Positions 16,356-30,681 of a stretch of DNA of 64,000 bases are shown piece after piece. Made by a program: the position numbers and the translations under genes. The notes under the pieces are model-generated. The model did not search any database, was not told where the DNA came from, and worked only from the letters and a program-made list of their open reading frames with translations. Positions within the stretch are counted from its first letter, which is position 1. Every line of letters starts with the position of its first letter. The DNA is from the human T2T-CHM13v2.0 reference genome, Homo sapiens: NCBI RefSeq assembly GCF_009914755.1, contig NC_060938.1; one strand, 5' to 3'.

Positions 16356-16747
16356 CCACACACACACACACACAAAATCACAGTGACCTGCAGGATCTTA
16401 AACATGATTTCCCTAGACACCATTCTTACCATGCAGCACTGTGAACAAACAGCACTGCTCTGGCAGTTATACAGGACTCAAGGCTTCCACCTACTCTGCT
16501 CCAGGTCACATAAGCTGCTACCTCTACATGAGCTACAGCCTCTTCCTGGGCCCATTCAGCAATAGTAGCAGCCACGCATGCAAGTTCCTCTGCAAGAACT
16601 TGGGAAGAGGATCCTCAGTTGTATCACACAACAGCCAGTAAAGAAGCTGGATTTAGGACTTTCCTGCTCTTTATGATGTTAGCTGTAGGCTTGTTGAAAA
16701 ACAAACAAGCTAAAAAGAACTTTTCTGCTTAGAAAACTGACCAGATA

Positions 16748-17131
<384 letters not shown>

Positions 17132-17313
17132 CCTTCCGGTCAGTTTGTTAACTAGGAGTTTACAAAAATCGCCCATTAGCAATTGCCTTTTCTGTAATGT
17201 GCTAAATTGTGCACATGGTTTGCTCTTACTTGTTAAAAGACTTAAAGCCCCAAGATTCAGTGTAATGTGCCAGTGTCTATGAGAAAGAAAACACAGTAAT
17301 TCCTTTTAATGTC

Positions 17314-17975
17314 TGCTATGGTCTAAATGTTTGTGTCCCCACAATCAAATTCATATGTTGAAATCCTAACCCCCACGGTGATGAAGTGGCACCTTGGGAG
17401 GTGATTAGGTCACAAGTGTGGAGTCCTCATGGATAGGATTAGTGCTCTTATAAAAGATGCCCAAGAGACCCCTTTCCTCTTCCTCTTCTACCACTGAGAA
17501 GATGATGCTCATGAACCAGGAACCAGGCCCTCACCAGACACTAAATTTGCCAGTGCCTTTTTTTTTTTTTTTTTAAAGACAGGGTCTCTGTTGCCCAGGC
17601 GGGAGTGCAGTAGAGCAATCATAACTCACTGTAACTTCAAACTTCTGGGCTCAAGTGATCCTCCCACCTCAGCCTCCTGAGTAGCTAAGGCTACAGTCGC
17701 ATGCCACCACGCCCAGCTAATCTTTTTGAATTTTCTGTAGAGATGGGGTTTTGCTATGTTGCTCAGGCTGGTCTCAAACTCCTGGCCTCAAGTAATCCTT
17801 CCACCTCAGCCTTCCAAAGTACTGGGATTACAGGTGTGAACCACTGTACCCAGCCTCTGCCAGTGCCTTGCTCTTCAACTTCCTGGCCTCCAGAACCATG
17901 AGAAATAAATTTCTATTGTTTAAAAGCTATCCAGTTTATGGTATCTTGTTACAGCAGCCCAAATGGACTAAGACA
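17314..17975 (+). mobile_element. MLT1A0-like MaLR solo LTR, interrupted by AluJ (17558-17855, -)
   Basis: TG...CA ends (tgctatggtctaaatgtttgtgtcc ... ggactaagaca), 5-bp TSD atgtc/atatc; the nested Alu has TSD tgccagtgcctt. Confidence 0.85.
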
Positions 17976-18094
17976 ATATCTTTAAGAACCATACTGGAAA
18001 AAAGAAATCATTTATAATAGAAATGCTGACAATGAGGGAGACTTAAAAATTAAATACCCTTTTTACAAATTATTCCATTACAAAGGGGGTTGGG

Positions 18095-18393
18095 AGCTGG
18101 GCCTGGTGGTTCACACCTGTAATCCCAGCACTTTGGGAGGCCGAGGTGGGTGGATCATTTGAGGCCAGGAGTTCAAGACCAGCCTGGCCAACGTGGTGAA
18201 ACCCCGTTTCTACTAAAAATACAAAAACTAGCTGGGCATGGTGTCGCATGTCTGTAATCCCAGCTACTGGGGAGGCTGAGGCACGAGAATTGCCTGAACC
18301 CGGGGGCAAAGGCTGCAGTAAGCCAAGACTGTGTCACGGCACTCTAGCCTGAGTGATAGAGTGAGACTCTGTCTCAAAAAAAAAAAAAAAAAA
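18095..18393 (+). mobile_element. AluS element
   Basis: Dimeric Alu with poly-A; TSD-like acaaagggggttgg / acaaaggggagttgg. Confidence 0.93.
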
Positions 18394-18678
18394 ACAAAGG
18401 GAGTTGGAAATAGTAAGAATCACAATGTATTTTATTATACACATTGGATGGCACAGAATGCTCCAGTACAATGCAATGTCAGCTTATGGGAAAATCAAAC
18501 CATCACTACCTAGCACTGAATCTTCCTTTGTACTCAGAGGCTCCCCATTCAAGCTAGTGTCACAGTTAAGTTGTCATGGTTTGAAATGCACAGTTGGGTT
18601 GGATGATTCTGGTACTGAACTGGAAATATTGTTAGCATATCTAATCAGAGCCTCTAGAAAAATGAACTCACACACTAA

Positions 18679-19024
<346 letters not shown>

Positions 19025-19055
19025 CATTCATGGCCCTTTTAAAATAAAGATAGTT

Positions 19056-19357
19056 GGCTGGGCATGGTGGCTCACTCCTGTAATTCTAGCACTTTGAGAG
19101 GTCGAGCCAGGAGGATGGCTTGAGCTCAAGAGTTCGGGACCAGCCTGGGCAAGATGGTGAAACCCAGTCTCTACAAAATACAAAAATTAGCTGGGCATGG
19201 TATCATGTGCCTATAGTCCCAGCTACTCGGAAGGTTGAGGTGGGAGGATCACACGAGCCTAGGAGATCAAGGCTACACAGTGAGCCATGACTGTACCACT
19301 GCACTCCAGCCTGGGTGAAACAGTGAGACTCTGTCATGAAAAAAAAAAAAAAAAAAT
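19056..19357 (+). mobile_element. AluJ element
   Basis: Diverged Alu, head-to-head with the AluY about 31 bp away. Confidence 0.9.
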
Positions 19358-19959
19358 TAGATTTGAGATTCATCAAGAGCCTGTTCAGCCCTGGGTAGGA
19401 GCATTGAACAAATAGAAGGGTACATTCAAAGTATGTGGAGAATAAGTATGTTTACCCAAATCTAATCTCAATTTTGAAAATACTGTTATTTTGCACCGCT
19501 GGTGAACTGGCTACTTTGCCCCTATAGAATGAGTCTTTTCTACCTACAAAGTGATTGTCAGTATATATTTTAAAGGTCTTGGTTTAATTTTGTTACTATT
19601 TATTTTATGTTTCATTCAAGTACATCACTGATTTAAATAACCTATTCTTACTATGAAATTATCTAAGTGAGATCCTGTTACTGTTTTTATAATCCTAAAT
19701 CACTGAGCTACGGCTCCCCTGGCTGAACCTGACTGACACAGAATTTACTTAACCCAATTCCTGCTACCTGCTGGTTCACTCAATACAGGGTGGCCATCAT
19801 TGTTATCACTATTGCTACTGCCATAGCTGTAATAATACTTTGACTTTGCAATTAAAATAAACTGGGCCACTGACATATTTGTTGCTCTGTGCAAAATGCC
19901 AATTCAAGTTAAATTCTTACAAGAAGAGAATAAATTCAGTGTTCATCAGCAGTCCTTTC

Positions 19960-21300
19960 ACTATAGTTTTCCCAGCCATTGCCTTCAGTTACTCCTCTAG
20001 CAGTTTCTTGAAGAAATGTTGTTAGTTGAGTATAATATTCTTGAACTATATATCCTTTCCTAGAAACCTTAATCCACTGTCTTCTAGAGTTGGATGTCAA
20101 TATTAAGAAGTCCGAAGTCTTCTGAGTGCACTGGCTCACACCTGTAATCCCAGCACTTTGGGAGGATGAGGTGGGCAGATCTCCTGAGGTCAGGAGTTTG
20201 AGACCAGCCCGGCCAACATGGTGAAACCCTGTCTCTACTAAAAATACAAAAAAATTAGCCGTGCATGCTGGCGCATGCCCAGAGCCCCAGCTATTGGGGA
20301 GGCTGAGGCAGGAGAATTACTCAAACCCAGGAGGCAGATGTTGCAGTGAGGCACGATCACACCACTACACTCCAGTCTGGATGACAAAGCAAGACTTTGT
20401 CTCAAAAAAAAAAAAAAGTCTGAGGTCAACCTCATCACCGTTAGGCTTCAAAGTACCTCAATCTTTTAACTGCCCAAAAGATTCTTTCATCTTTGACTTC
20501 TAGGAACCTCACTGGAATGTCTTAGTATTAATTCTCCTACATCTTTTTTTTTTTTTTTTGAGACACAGTCTCACTCTGTCACCCAAGCTGGAGTGCAATG
20601 GTACGAACATGGCTCACTGCAGCCTTGACCTTCTGGGCTCAAGCAATCCTCTTGCCTCAGCCTCCTGTGTAGCTAGGACCACAGGCATGCATCACCATGC
20701 CTGGCTAATTTTTTGATTTTTTTGTAGAGACGGTGTCTCACTTTGTTGCCCAGGCTGGTCTCAAACTCCTGGGCTCGAGCAATCCTTCTGCCTTGGTCTC
20801 CCAAGATGCTGGGACTATAGGTGTGAGCCAGGGTGCCTGGCTCCTGTATCATTTTTTACTGAGACACATGTCTTCTCGATCTGAAAATTCACATCTTTTC
20901 GTTTTGGGAAAATCTTTCTTGGATAATTATCTTTAAATATTTCTTCTGTGTTATTATATTATAGGCTTTCTTCTTTGGGAACTCCAATTATGTATAAGTT
21001 AAATCTCCTTTATCTTTCACTACTGTCATTTTCTCTCTAATCCTTTCTAACCTTTAACTTCTCACTGTTTTTTTTATTTGTTTTGTTTGGATTTCCTTAC
21101 CTTGTTTTCCACAGTTATCTATTCCTACTTGTGCTGCATACAATTTTGTCTTTATTTTTTGTAATGTTTTTATTTTTTATTCCACTTCTTTTCTGAGCTC
21201 TGCAGCTTACATTTCATCTTCTGATGTCTTGCCACATGCCTGAACTTATTTTATAAAGGCAGCCATTTTATTTTTGTGCTCTTTCTTTCATAAAGACAAT
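19960..21300 (-). mobile_element. Ancient LINE-1 ORF1-region remnants, with Alus at ~20120-20417 (+) and 20544-20841 (-)
   Basis: Antisense L1 text (ccactgtcttctag..., tttcttctttgggaactccaattatgtataag); nested Alus are obvious. Confidence 0.7.
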
Positions 21301-21305
21301 TTCTT

Positions 21306-21715
<410 letters not shown>

Positions 21716-22801
21716 TTATCTGCCTTTTATTTTTCTGTTCCTTTTTTCTTGCAGTATTTTAGCACAGATTCCATGCTTTTCCTTTTTTGACAACCAGCTT
21801 TGAATTAGTTAAGGTTTTTCTGCACCAGCTATTTGTACAAAGTTTATATAAGGGAAGGACTGGGTATTTCAAGTAACGGGAATTTTCTTTTTGACACAGG
21901 GTTATGTCAGCATCCTTTTAAATCTTTCTCTCTCCCAAGCCAAAAGAGATAGGCAGCTCTACAAGTATCTCATCTACCCTCTCTACCACTTGAACAGATT
22001 GCTTAATGGAAATATGGCTTGATCCTTGATCAGTCCCTCCTCCACTGCCTCTTAGGATCAAAACGGGTCCAGAGACTCTCCTATCATGACCTGTGCTTTC
22101 TACTCTTGTTGAAAAAAAAAAAAGGGATTTGGGTTTTATGCTCCACATGGAAAAAAGTACTCAGCTAGTTCTGAGATCCACATATCCCCACAGATAAGTC
22201 TCTCTATACTTCCTCTAGCACCCCTGCACGATCTCCAGTGCTTCTTGCAGGCATTCCTTCTGTGTTGTGGTTCTTGGTGTCAGATATCTTCAAATTTCCC
22301 AGTTTTGTCTACAATGGAGTTTACATTTCTTTTTTCCATTCTCCTTGTTGCTTTGAAGTGGTTTCAGAGACAAGAAGGGGAGAATGTCAAGTATACTCTG
22401 CTATATTCAATCTGAAATTTCTCAGTAGGAACAACTTTTATTAAAATCAGAACCACTGTCACCTTATGATTTTCAAAGCCCCATCATGTGTAACTTCTCC
22501 CCTATATATGCTGTACACATGCTAGTCATTAGCAACTTAAGCTTAAAAAGGTTAAATGGCTTACCCAAGCTCTCAAAGCTAGTTACAACCCAGGTGTCTT
22601 GATTCCTGGTCCGGCGCTCTTATCACACTGCACATCCATGCAATGGCCACTGAACTCAACTAACCTTCCTTCTAAATATACGTATTACCAGAAGCTAATC
22701 TCTAAGAATTATACTTAGAAAAGAGCAGGAAACCACATAACTGACCAATATCAGGAATGAGGAAGAAAGAAGACCAAGAAACTGGGATTAGTTCCCATTA
22801 C

Positions 22802-22912
22802 CTGGCTTAGTATCTGTCACTCCTTCCATAAGGACCAGTCCTACTGGTCGCTGACAAGCGATGCTGCAGAAGCGGAAACGTAGCAGGAAGTCTCGGCCAT
22901 ACTTGCGTCTCT
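22802..22912 (-). CDS. ANGEL1: ANGEL1 exon 7: ERRKYGRDFLLRFRFCSIACQRPVGLVLMEGVTDTKP (eIF4E-binding motif YGRDFLL)
   Basis: 111 nt, tttacAG / G|GTAATG, phase 1-1; canonical YxxxxL-phi motif. Confidence 0.95.
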
Positions 22913-23216
22913 CTGTAAACCAGGAAAAGACATATAGTGAAAGAAAGACGATGAAGCCACATGCTGAGACCTCCTTAGTACCAAGCAACTTCCAGCATAG
23001 GTACACAGAGGAAGCATTCAGAAGACAAGGAGATTTTCCAAAGGCTATGATTTAAAGTTGTCCATTTCATTGGACAGCCATTGGGAGGATAGTGAGAAAA
23101 CAGAGGAATCTGCTAAGAGAAATGAGGGATTACACTTTTTCTTGTCGTTGAGACACCAGCTTTCTCCCAAAATGGGCATGAAGACACAGCCAACCAAGAA
23201 TGTGACATGTGCTCAC

Positions 23217-23343
23217 CTGATCTCTTGGGGTGACAGGAGGTGACATACTGACAGCAATCAGTGATGCCCAGGGAGCTGGGCCACAGTGGGGCCTGCAGCT
23301 TCCTCTGGTAAAGCTGATGGGAGAAGTCTTCCTGTCCAGATAC
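23217..23343 (-). CDS. ANGEL1: ANGEL1 exon 6: VSGQEDFSHQLYQRKLQAPLWPSSLGITDCCQYVTSCHPKRS
   Basis: 127 nt, ttttccacccAG / G|GTGAGC. Confidence 0.95.
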
Positions 23344-24133
23344 CTGGGTGGAAAAAGAAGGGTGGGAATAAGGAAACCAAGATAGAAAAAGGAAGTAACA
23401 GCCCATGTTTTGGGACATGTGGACAAATACAAACACATACAATCACACACTACGTACATGGTATAAACAAGCATATAAGTCTCAGGGGCAGGTTAAAAAT
23501 AAGGACCAAATTAAAACCATTACTTTTTCACTGGCAACACTGAAATGTCCATGAAACAGGAGGAGGGGTAAGAGACTGAATCAAGGGGAATCGAATAGTA
23601 TGAACATGTGGTTCCCTAAATTTTACCTCTGAAAAATCAATACAATTCTCCTCCACAGGGAATATCAACTCTCAGGGGCTTTAAGTTGCAATGGTTAAAG
23701 GTTTATCCTCATCTTTGGATCTTCTGGATCAAGGTCTAATATCCTGAACCTATTACTGGGTAACCACAGGGTCAAACCAAATGGGAAAGCACCAAAGCAC
23801 TTTACCGTATCTACGTCACCATCCTCGGTCAAAGCCAATGAGCAGCCTGGGAACGGACAAAACGTAGTAGGGGAAACATTCGGCAACATCAGTCATCTGC
23901 ACATCTCCAACGTGTGTAGCAAAAGTCCCTTTATGCCATTTAACAACAACAAATATTTGAAAGCCAAAAGACACTAGCTAGGTGCTGGGGATAGAGCAGC
24001 AATAGACAGAATCCCCTTGCCCTGTAAGGGCATAAATTTTCAATATGTCATCAGAAGTAAAACAGATCTGCAATTCAATGGCCACTTAATAGCTGTGTGA
24101 CTTTTGGCAAGTTAGTTAACTCTCTTGGGTTCA

Positions 24134-24526
<393 letters not shown>

Positions 24527-25189
24527 TCACTACCGGTTACTGACTTTGAGCCAGATACTGGAAAACACTTTACACGCATTATTTTATTTAATCCACCCAA
24601 AAAAACACCTCTGAGGCAGGTCCCATTATATCCCCCATCGTATAGATGAGGCAAATGGGGTTCAAAAAAGTTAAGTAATTTGCTCAAGGTGGCAGAGCAC
24701 GGATCTGAACTCAGGACTGTCTGGCTTCAAAGCAAGTGCTCTCATTCACTATGCCTAACAGTGCCTGTCATGTGGCAGGCAGTCAGTAAATTCTTTTCCT
24801 CGTTCCCTGAGTTCCTTGATTACAGCTCCTTTAGGGCAAGATCATGCCTTTCTCTGCACACATCTGGCTCATTTACATAAAATCCCATGTGCGCAACAGT
24901 AATACAATCGTTTTGTGTCCTTCCACCATTGTGCCTTGCCAAAAGTTAGTCAATAAATTGAAACAGTAGGGGCAAAATAGAGGAACAAGGAGATTAAGTG
25001 ACATAAAGAAATCAGCACAAGCTGATAAAACTACGAGGTGTTTGTCATCAACACTCAACAGTTAGAAGGAATGAGATCCATATGCAAATTGCTGAGTGAA
25101 AAAAAACAAGCTACAAATGAAACATACAGTAGTGTATCATGTTTATAAAACACACATGGTAGATTACATATTGGCTGTTATAAGCAATG

Positions 25190-25420
25190 ACAGCACAGTA
25201 TTTGAGGGTAAGAGCTCTGCAGCCAGACCACCTGGTTACAAATCCTGGCTCCACCACTAACTACCCGCATAACCTAGGGCAAATTACTTCACTTTTCTGA
25301 GCTTTAGTTTCCTCATTTATAAAATGGAAGCCATGATGGAAACTGTGAAAACTAATTAGTTAATGAGTATAAAGTGCTTAAAATAGCACATGGCACACAC
25401 TTAAGTGCTTAACAAATGTA
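25190..25420 (+). mobile_element. MIR SINE
   Basis: caaatcctggctccaccactaactac...ggcaaattacttcac...agtttcctcatttataaaatgg...aaagtgcttaaaatagc. Confidence 0.8.
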
Positions 25421-25846
25421 AACACTGATTACAATATCATAGGAACATAGATATCACTGTAAATGCAAAGAAAACAAGCTAAAAGACTACCACCAAACTT
25501 AGAACGGTCATTATGTTACTCTAAGAGAATAGAATAGGGAATGTGGGTAATAAAACAGGCCTGTGTCTTACTGTATAATGTTTAAGTTCCTTCAAGTATG
25601 TACTTACGTATTACTTGTGAATTAAAAATATTAATGATAAAAACTGAAAAAAATTCCAATATGCCGAAGTACTCAAGAATTCTTAACTTCCAGGCTTGGG
25701 TACAAGCTATTCAACATAACAAGAAAAAGGAGGAGCAGGCCAGAGCAGGTGTACTGAGGTCCCTGCCACAGAAGAAGCACTGATGCTAACGCCTGAATCT
25801 CTCTTAGACCATGTTCCCACCCACACCGTGGCCTCTCCCATTTCAC

Positions 25847-26280
25847 CTTCCAGGCTGGCATCCCATGGTACTGGAGCTCTCCATCCCTGATGAAGTTGTA
25901 GAGAGGTGAATCAGGGACAGAATTTAGGTCCCCGCACAAGATGATGGGGCAGTGGCTGCCATCTGACAGTCTGGCCACCTTGTCCACTTCCGCCAGGAGA
26001 ATGGCCATCTGGGCCAGCTTGACATCGCCCCGGCGTGGGTTGTAAAGGATATGGGTATTTGCCACACACAGCGGGGCCACCGAGACTTGTCCCAGGCCTT
26101 CTGGGACGAGTGGTTGCAGTAGCAACACTAAGCCCACATTATCCCGATTAAGTAGCTCCAAGCCAGGCCGGAAGTACTCCACAGGGCTAGCACAGAGCAG
26201 GCGGAATCTGGTAGGCTTGTAGCAGACAGCACAGCCATCGGTTTTACACCCAGTCCTCCTCTTGTAGAAACAGGTAAAGC
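25847..26280 (-). CDS. ANGEL1: ANGEL1 exon 5: GFTCFYKRRTGCKTDGCAV...VANTHILYNP...IILCGDLNSVPDS...MPAWK
   Basis: 434 nt, AG/GT bounded; EEP motifs DGCA, NTH, GDLNS. Confidence 0.97.
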
Positions 26281-26499
26281 CTGCAAGGAAAATCCCACCA
26301 AAGAGATGGGTCAGAGTCCTTAAAGCCTGAATCCCTTCCAACCAGCACCAGCAGTCCCAGTGTATGCCCCTGAGGCATTGTTCCTGCTACTCAGTAAAGG
26401 AGCCTTTGCCACTTCCTTGGTTCAGCAGGTTCCCCCTTACATCGTAACCAGCTGACTGAGGGGCTGGAAGGGCAAGGAGGGAAGGGTATGAAGCAATGT

Positions 26500-26710
26500 A
26501 ACATGATAGAAAAGAGCACAGAATCTAGAGTCAGACAAGCTGGATTCCTAGCTCCACATCTACTAGCTTTGTAGCTTTGTGATTCTGAGGAAGTCACATG
26601 AGTTTTCAGAACTTCAGTTTCCTCATCTGTAAAATGGGAATAACAGTCTCACCACATTGGTTACTTCAAGGATCAAATAGCAATGTATGTCAGAATTGCT
26701 ATAAAACTGC
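26500..26710 (+). mobile_element. MIR SINE
   Basis: gaaaagagcacagaatctagagtcagac...cagtttcctcatctgtaaaatgggaataa. Confidence 0.8.
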
Positions 26711-26863
26711 AGAATTCTACTTTCTCAGGCACACATGGAAGGAGCTAGCTCACAGGTGAAACTGAGGGTTTACTAAGACAAAAGGAAAGGATGGGGTCTT
26801 CAGGAGAGAGTAGACAAGTCTGTGGAAAGAAAAGCTGGCAAGCATCCCAGGGAGCTGCATTAC

Positions 26864-26933
26864 CCATCATTCGCAGAGAGGGTTCCAGCTGCTCCCAGTA
26901 ATGATCTTCCTGGACTTCCTGGAGACACAGGAT
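26864..26933 (-). CDS. ANGEL1: ANGEL1 exon 4: ILCLQEVQEDHYWEQLEPSLRMM
   Basis: 70 nt; EEP metal-binding LQEV motif; AG/GT bounded. Confidence 0.96.
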
Positions 26934-27352
26934 CTGGGAAATTGACAAGAAACCCAATCACTCCAGAGTGCTGGAATGTGACCCCCACCCTCTAGGAGCA
27001 GGTCCTGAGGCCAGGTGGGAAGCTGCTGGGTCACACTGAAACTTCCCAGAGTCACCAACAGCAAGAACAGGCCCAGACTTAAGCTGAAGAGATTAGAGAT
27101 GTGCACTGGATTTTCCTGCTCCTTGAATCCCTCAAGCCTCCCTTCCTGCATAAAGGTGCTGGGAAGTGCACATCTAGGGAGATTCTTCTCAGCATCTGCC
27201 AACAACTCACTGACACCAGGCAGGCAAGCTCCAGCCCTAGATAGGACTCCAATCATTTGAACAACTATGGGTTGAACTCATCTTCTAAGAGCACTGGGCA
27301 ACAGCCCAGGTCCAGCAACAATGCAAGATGGCAATTCCCCCTCTTCACTCAC

Positions 27353-27579
27353 ATCAGGGTCCCAGTGCTGGAATTCCTGCATGAGGTTCACGAAGCGATA
27401 GTTCCAATTGAGGATGTCTGGATGGCAATGTAGATAGAGCTCTGAGCTCTGCTGCATCAGGTCCTGAGCCAGGATGTTATAAGACATCAGAGTGAACTGG
27501 AACTGAGGGCCATCTCCTGCCTTCAGGCCCTGAGCATCTGGCTGGGTGGAGAAATCCTCCCATTCTCGCCACAAAATTT
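27353..27579 (-). CDS. ANGEL1: ANGEL1 exon 3: EILWREWEDF...FTLMSYNILAQDL...QHWDPD
   Basis: 227 nt; CCR4-family SYNILAQ motif; AG/GT bounded. Confidence 0.97.
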
Positions 27580-28489
27580 CTGCAAAGGATTGGGAGAAGC
27601 ACTCAATGGCAAGTATGAGTAATGCAGAGGTGCTGCCATCTCCACTCCTGACTCAGTAATATTATGCCTGAAGTTCCTTTTTCCATCTTCCCTGTCACCC
27701 ATCCCTCTCTGTGGGGAATTGATTTCTATGGACATTCTTCAGATGACATGGTTAGCTCCACAAGGCCAGAGACAATCTTGGCCTGCTCACCACTACATCC
27801 CCAGCACCTAGCATCTAATAGATGCTCCATATATGGAAGCTGACACACTCTCATTTTTGATAAATCCATGAATCTCCGGAGAATCACTCAGATGAGTGTG
27901 CTTAACAGTCACCTGAGGTTAAAGACATTTTTAGAGTAATTGCAGCCCTGGGTGTTTTCTGACCCCTAAACCTGGAAGAGTCTGTGGGACTAGAAACTAT
28001 GGTGTGTCCCCATCTCCCCTATGGCATGTGGCAGCATAGTGGATTTCAAATCTATTGACGCCATTCTTCAAATTTTAATGGACTCTCAATATACAACACA
28101 AATAAAACTGAGGTAATTGTGACTGAGACAGAGACTAGAGGCCCTGAGACCTCTCTATCCCTACCTCCAGAAAGCCCTAGGGTTACCACCAGAGAAATGA
28201 CATTGTGGAGAATCAGAACTAGAGTATGCTTTCAGTTCTTCCCCTACCTGGCTTTATGACTTTAGTCATGTTCTACTACCTCTCTGCACTCTGATTATTT
28301 CACCTTTAAAACCATGGGGCTGGATGAGATGATCTGTAAGGACCCTCTAGATCTGACATGCCAAGATTCTTAGAAAAATAGAATGCAGTGGCAGAGCTCC
28401 CTACCATAGAATCTTCTCTTTAGCAATGGCTCTGCCCACACCTGAGACACCCTGTTCCCTTGGCTCACTCAACCAGTTGTCAGACTCAC

Positions 28490-29074
28490 CATGATATGGT
28501 ATTTCCACTGCGGGAGGCTGCAACTGCCCCAGGCCCTCAAAGGGCCAGATGGAAGCCTCTTCCTGGGGCACAGGCTCAGGTGCTATGCTCCAGGCCAACA
28601 CCGCTGGGTCCTCTTCCCACTGCTCTGTGGCCAGGGCACCCACTGGGAGGGCAGCACAGTCTGCATACTGGGGCTCCGACTGCATGGGGATAGCTGCCCA
28701 CATGGAGCCCTCCACCCCCTCCACCTCCAGCAGTGGCTCCTCTCCTAGCATCTCAGGGAAAGGCTCATCCAGGTTCTCTGCAGCCCGAAGGTCACTCAGC
28801 TGCCTGCTGGACCACCTGTCCTCTGAAGCAGCATTCTCTTCTCCAGGATTATCCATCAGAAGTGCCAGGCTGCTCTGGGCTAGTCCTTTATCTATAAGGG
28901 GCCCCTCACTTGCAGTTGAGAGCACCTGGCTCAACCCTTCTTCTCGCCACTGCTGCAGCAGGCCCTCACATTCCTCCTGCTCAGGGCCCCGAGGGGCCAT
29001 GGCAAAGTCGCCCTCTACCTGGGGGGATGAGCTGTTCGCCAGAAGGACATTTTTTCGACATGTGAAGAAAGCAT
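28490..29074 (-). CDS. ANGEL1: ANGEL1 exon 2: DAFFTCRKNV...acidic region...VEIPYH
   Basis: 585 nt open frame, tcctAG acceptor, G|GTGAGT donor, phase 1-1. Confidence 0.95.
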
Positions 29075-29576
29075 CTAGGAGGAAAGCCAAAATACCAGGT
29101 TATAAGACTGTCATCCAACCCACACTATTCTCCCAGCTAAAACATAAGCCCAATAAAAGCAAGACCCATATCCACCTTGCTCATCATTGTACCATCACTG
29201 AGCCTGCCTACCTTAATGCCTGAACATCATCATCATCATCAGGGCAAAGTATTCACTATGTGCCAGGCACTGTTCTTTACAAGTGTTGACTAATTTATAT
29301 GGCAGGGATCTGATAAATATTCAGTGCATGAAAGAACAGCTGTCTCACATAATCTAGAACACAGATGGGCACATATACCCACACTCCTTTTACATGACTT
29401 AGTTAAGACTACTATTAACAAACTCTTTGGTTCTAAGAATCACATTACATTGCAACCAGCAACTGACTGTTAATCAGAACTGTGGGTTATGATCTAGCAC
29501 CAAAATTAATAAAACTGACCTTGAACAATGCCCCTAGTCAGATGAAGTTACTCTTGACTGTAAAATGGGGACAAGA

Positions 29577-29880
29577 GGCCAGGCGTGGTGGCTCCCAGCA
29601 CTTTGGGAGGCAGAGACAGAGGCAGCAGGATCACTTGAGGCCAGGAGTTAGAGACCAGCCTGGGCAACATAACGAAACTTCATCTCTACAAAAAATTAAA
29701 AATTAGCCAAGTACGGTGGCACATGCCCATGGTCCTAGCTACTTGGGAGGCTGAAATGAGAGGATTGCTTGAGCCCAGGTTGACGCTGCAGTGAGCTATG
29801 ACTGCCCTTCTGCACTCCCGCCTGGGAGACAAAGTGAGACCTCATCTCAAAAAAAAAAAGAAAAGAAAAGAAAAAAATAA
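29577..29880 (+). mobile_element. AluJ element
   Basis: Diverged Alu with small internal deletions and an A-rich tail. Confidence 0.9.
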
Positions 29881-30476
29881 ATTTTAAATTTAAAAAAATA
29901 GAGACAAGTTTGAACTAGATAATCTCTGAGCTTTTCTAGCTGTATAAATTCCCTAATCTATTAATGTATTCCAAAAGAAAAAGTCCTAAAGTAGACAGTC
30001 TCAAAAATCTATACAATTTACATCTTAGCAAGGGCCCTTAAGCCTTTTCTCAAAGCTACTTATTGTAATAAAATCTTCACAAACTTCATTATCTGCTTTC
30101 CCATTCCACAACACATCAGAGGCTATAAATTACAAGGTGCCAACAATCGACAGTAAGAGACAGCTGACATCTCTCTGATACTGCAGCCACCAATGACAGC
30201 CAACAGGCAAGAAAGAAAGTGGGAAAAACTCTAAAATTAGAGCCCCCAAACTCTGAGCACAGTATTTTGGTGAGAGCAAACAACTCCTACACTCACACAC
30301 TCAACCATTTATTTACAGCACAGGACGAGTAACATGCACGATGCTGGCCCTCAATCACTAGACTCATTTTATTGGCAATTTTTTTTTAAAGGGAAGAAAC
30401 CTTAAAAGTGGCTCAAATATTGAAAGACGGTTCAAATATCTTGTTTGGGGTCTATGTATATTTATGTCCTTCTAAA

Positions 30477-30681
30477 CAATGGTTTTAACCACGGTGATTT
30501 TGCCCTCGGAAGACATTTAGCAACGTTCAGAGACACTGTTGTTGTCACAACTGCAGCATTGCTACTGGCATCTAGTGGTTAGAGGACAGAGACGCTGCTG
30601 AACTTCCAACAATTCACAGGACAGACCCACACCAAATGATCCGGTCCAAAACGTCAACAGTGCTGAGATTGAGAAACCCTG
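30477..30681 (+). mobile_element. MER20 (hAT-Charlie) DNA transposon
   Basis: gattttgccc...gttgtcacaact...tgctactggcatctagtgg...gtcaacagtgctgagattgagaaaccctg. Confidence 0.85.

Noticed and set aside
28549-29223. 224-aa ORF on the + strand
   Set aside because: Antisense shadow of ANGEL1 exon 2; Ser-rich, with no independent promoter, splice or domain evidence
30477-30681. MER20 in ANGEL1 intron 1 as a co-opted enhancer
   Set aside because: MER20 co-option is known at other loci, but nothing in this sequence alone supports function here
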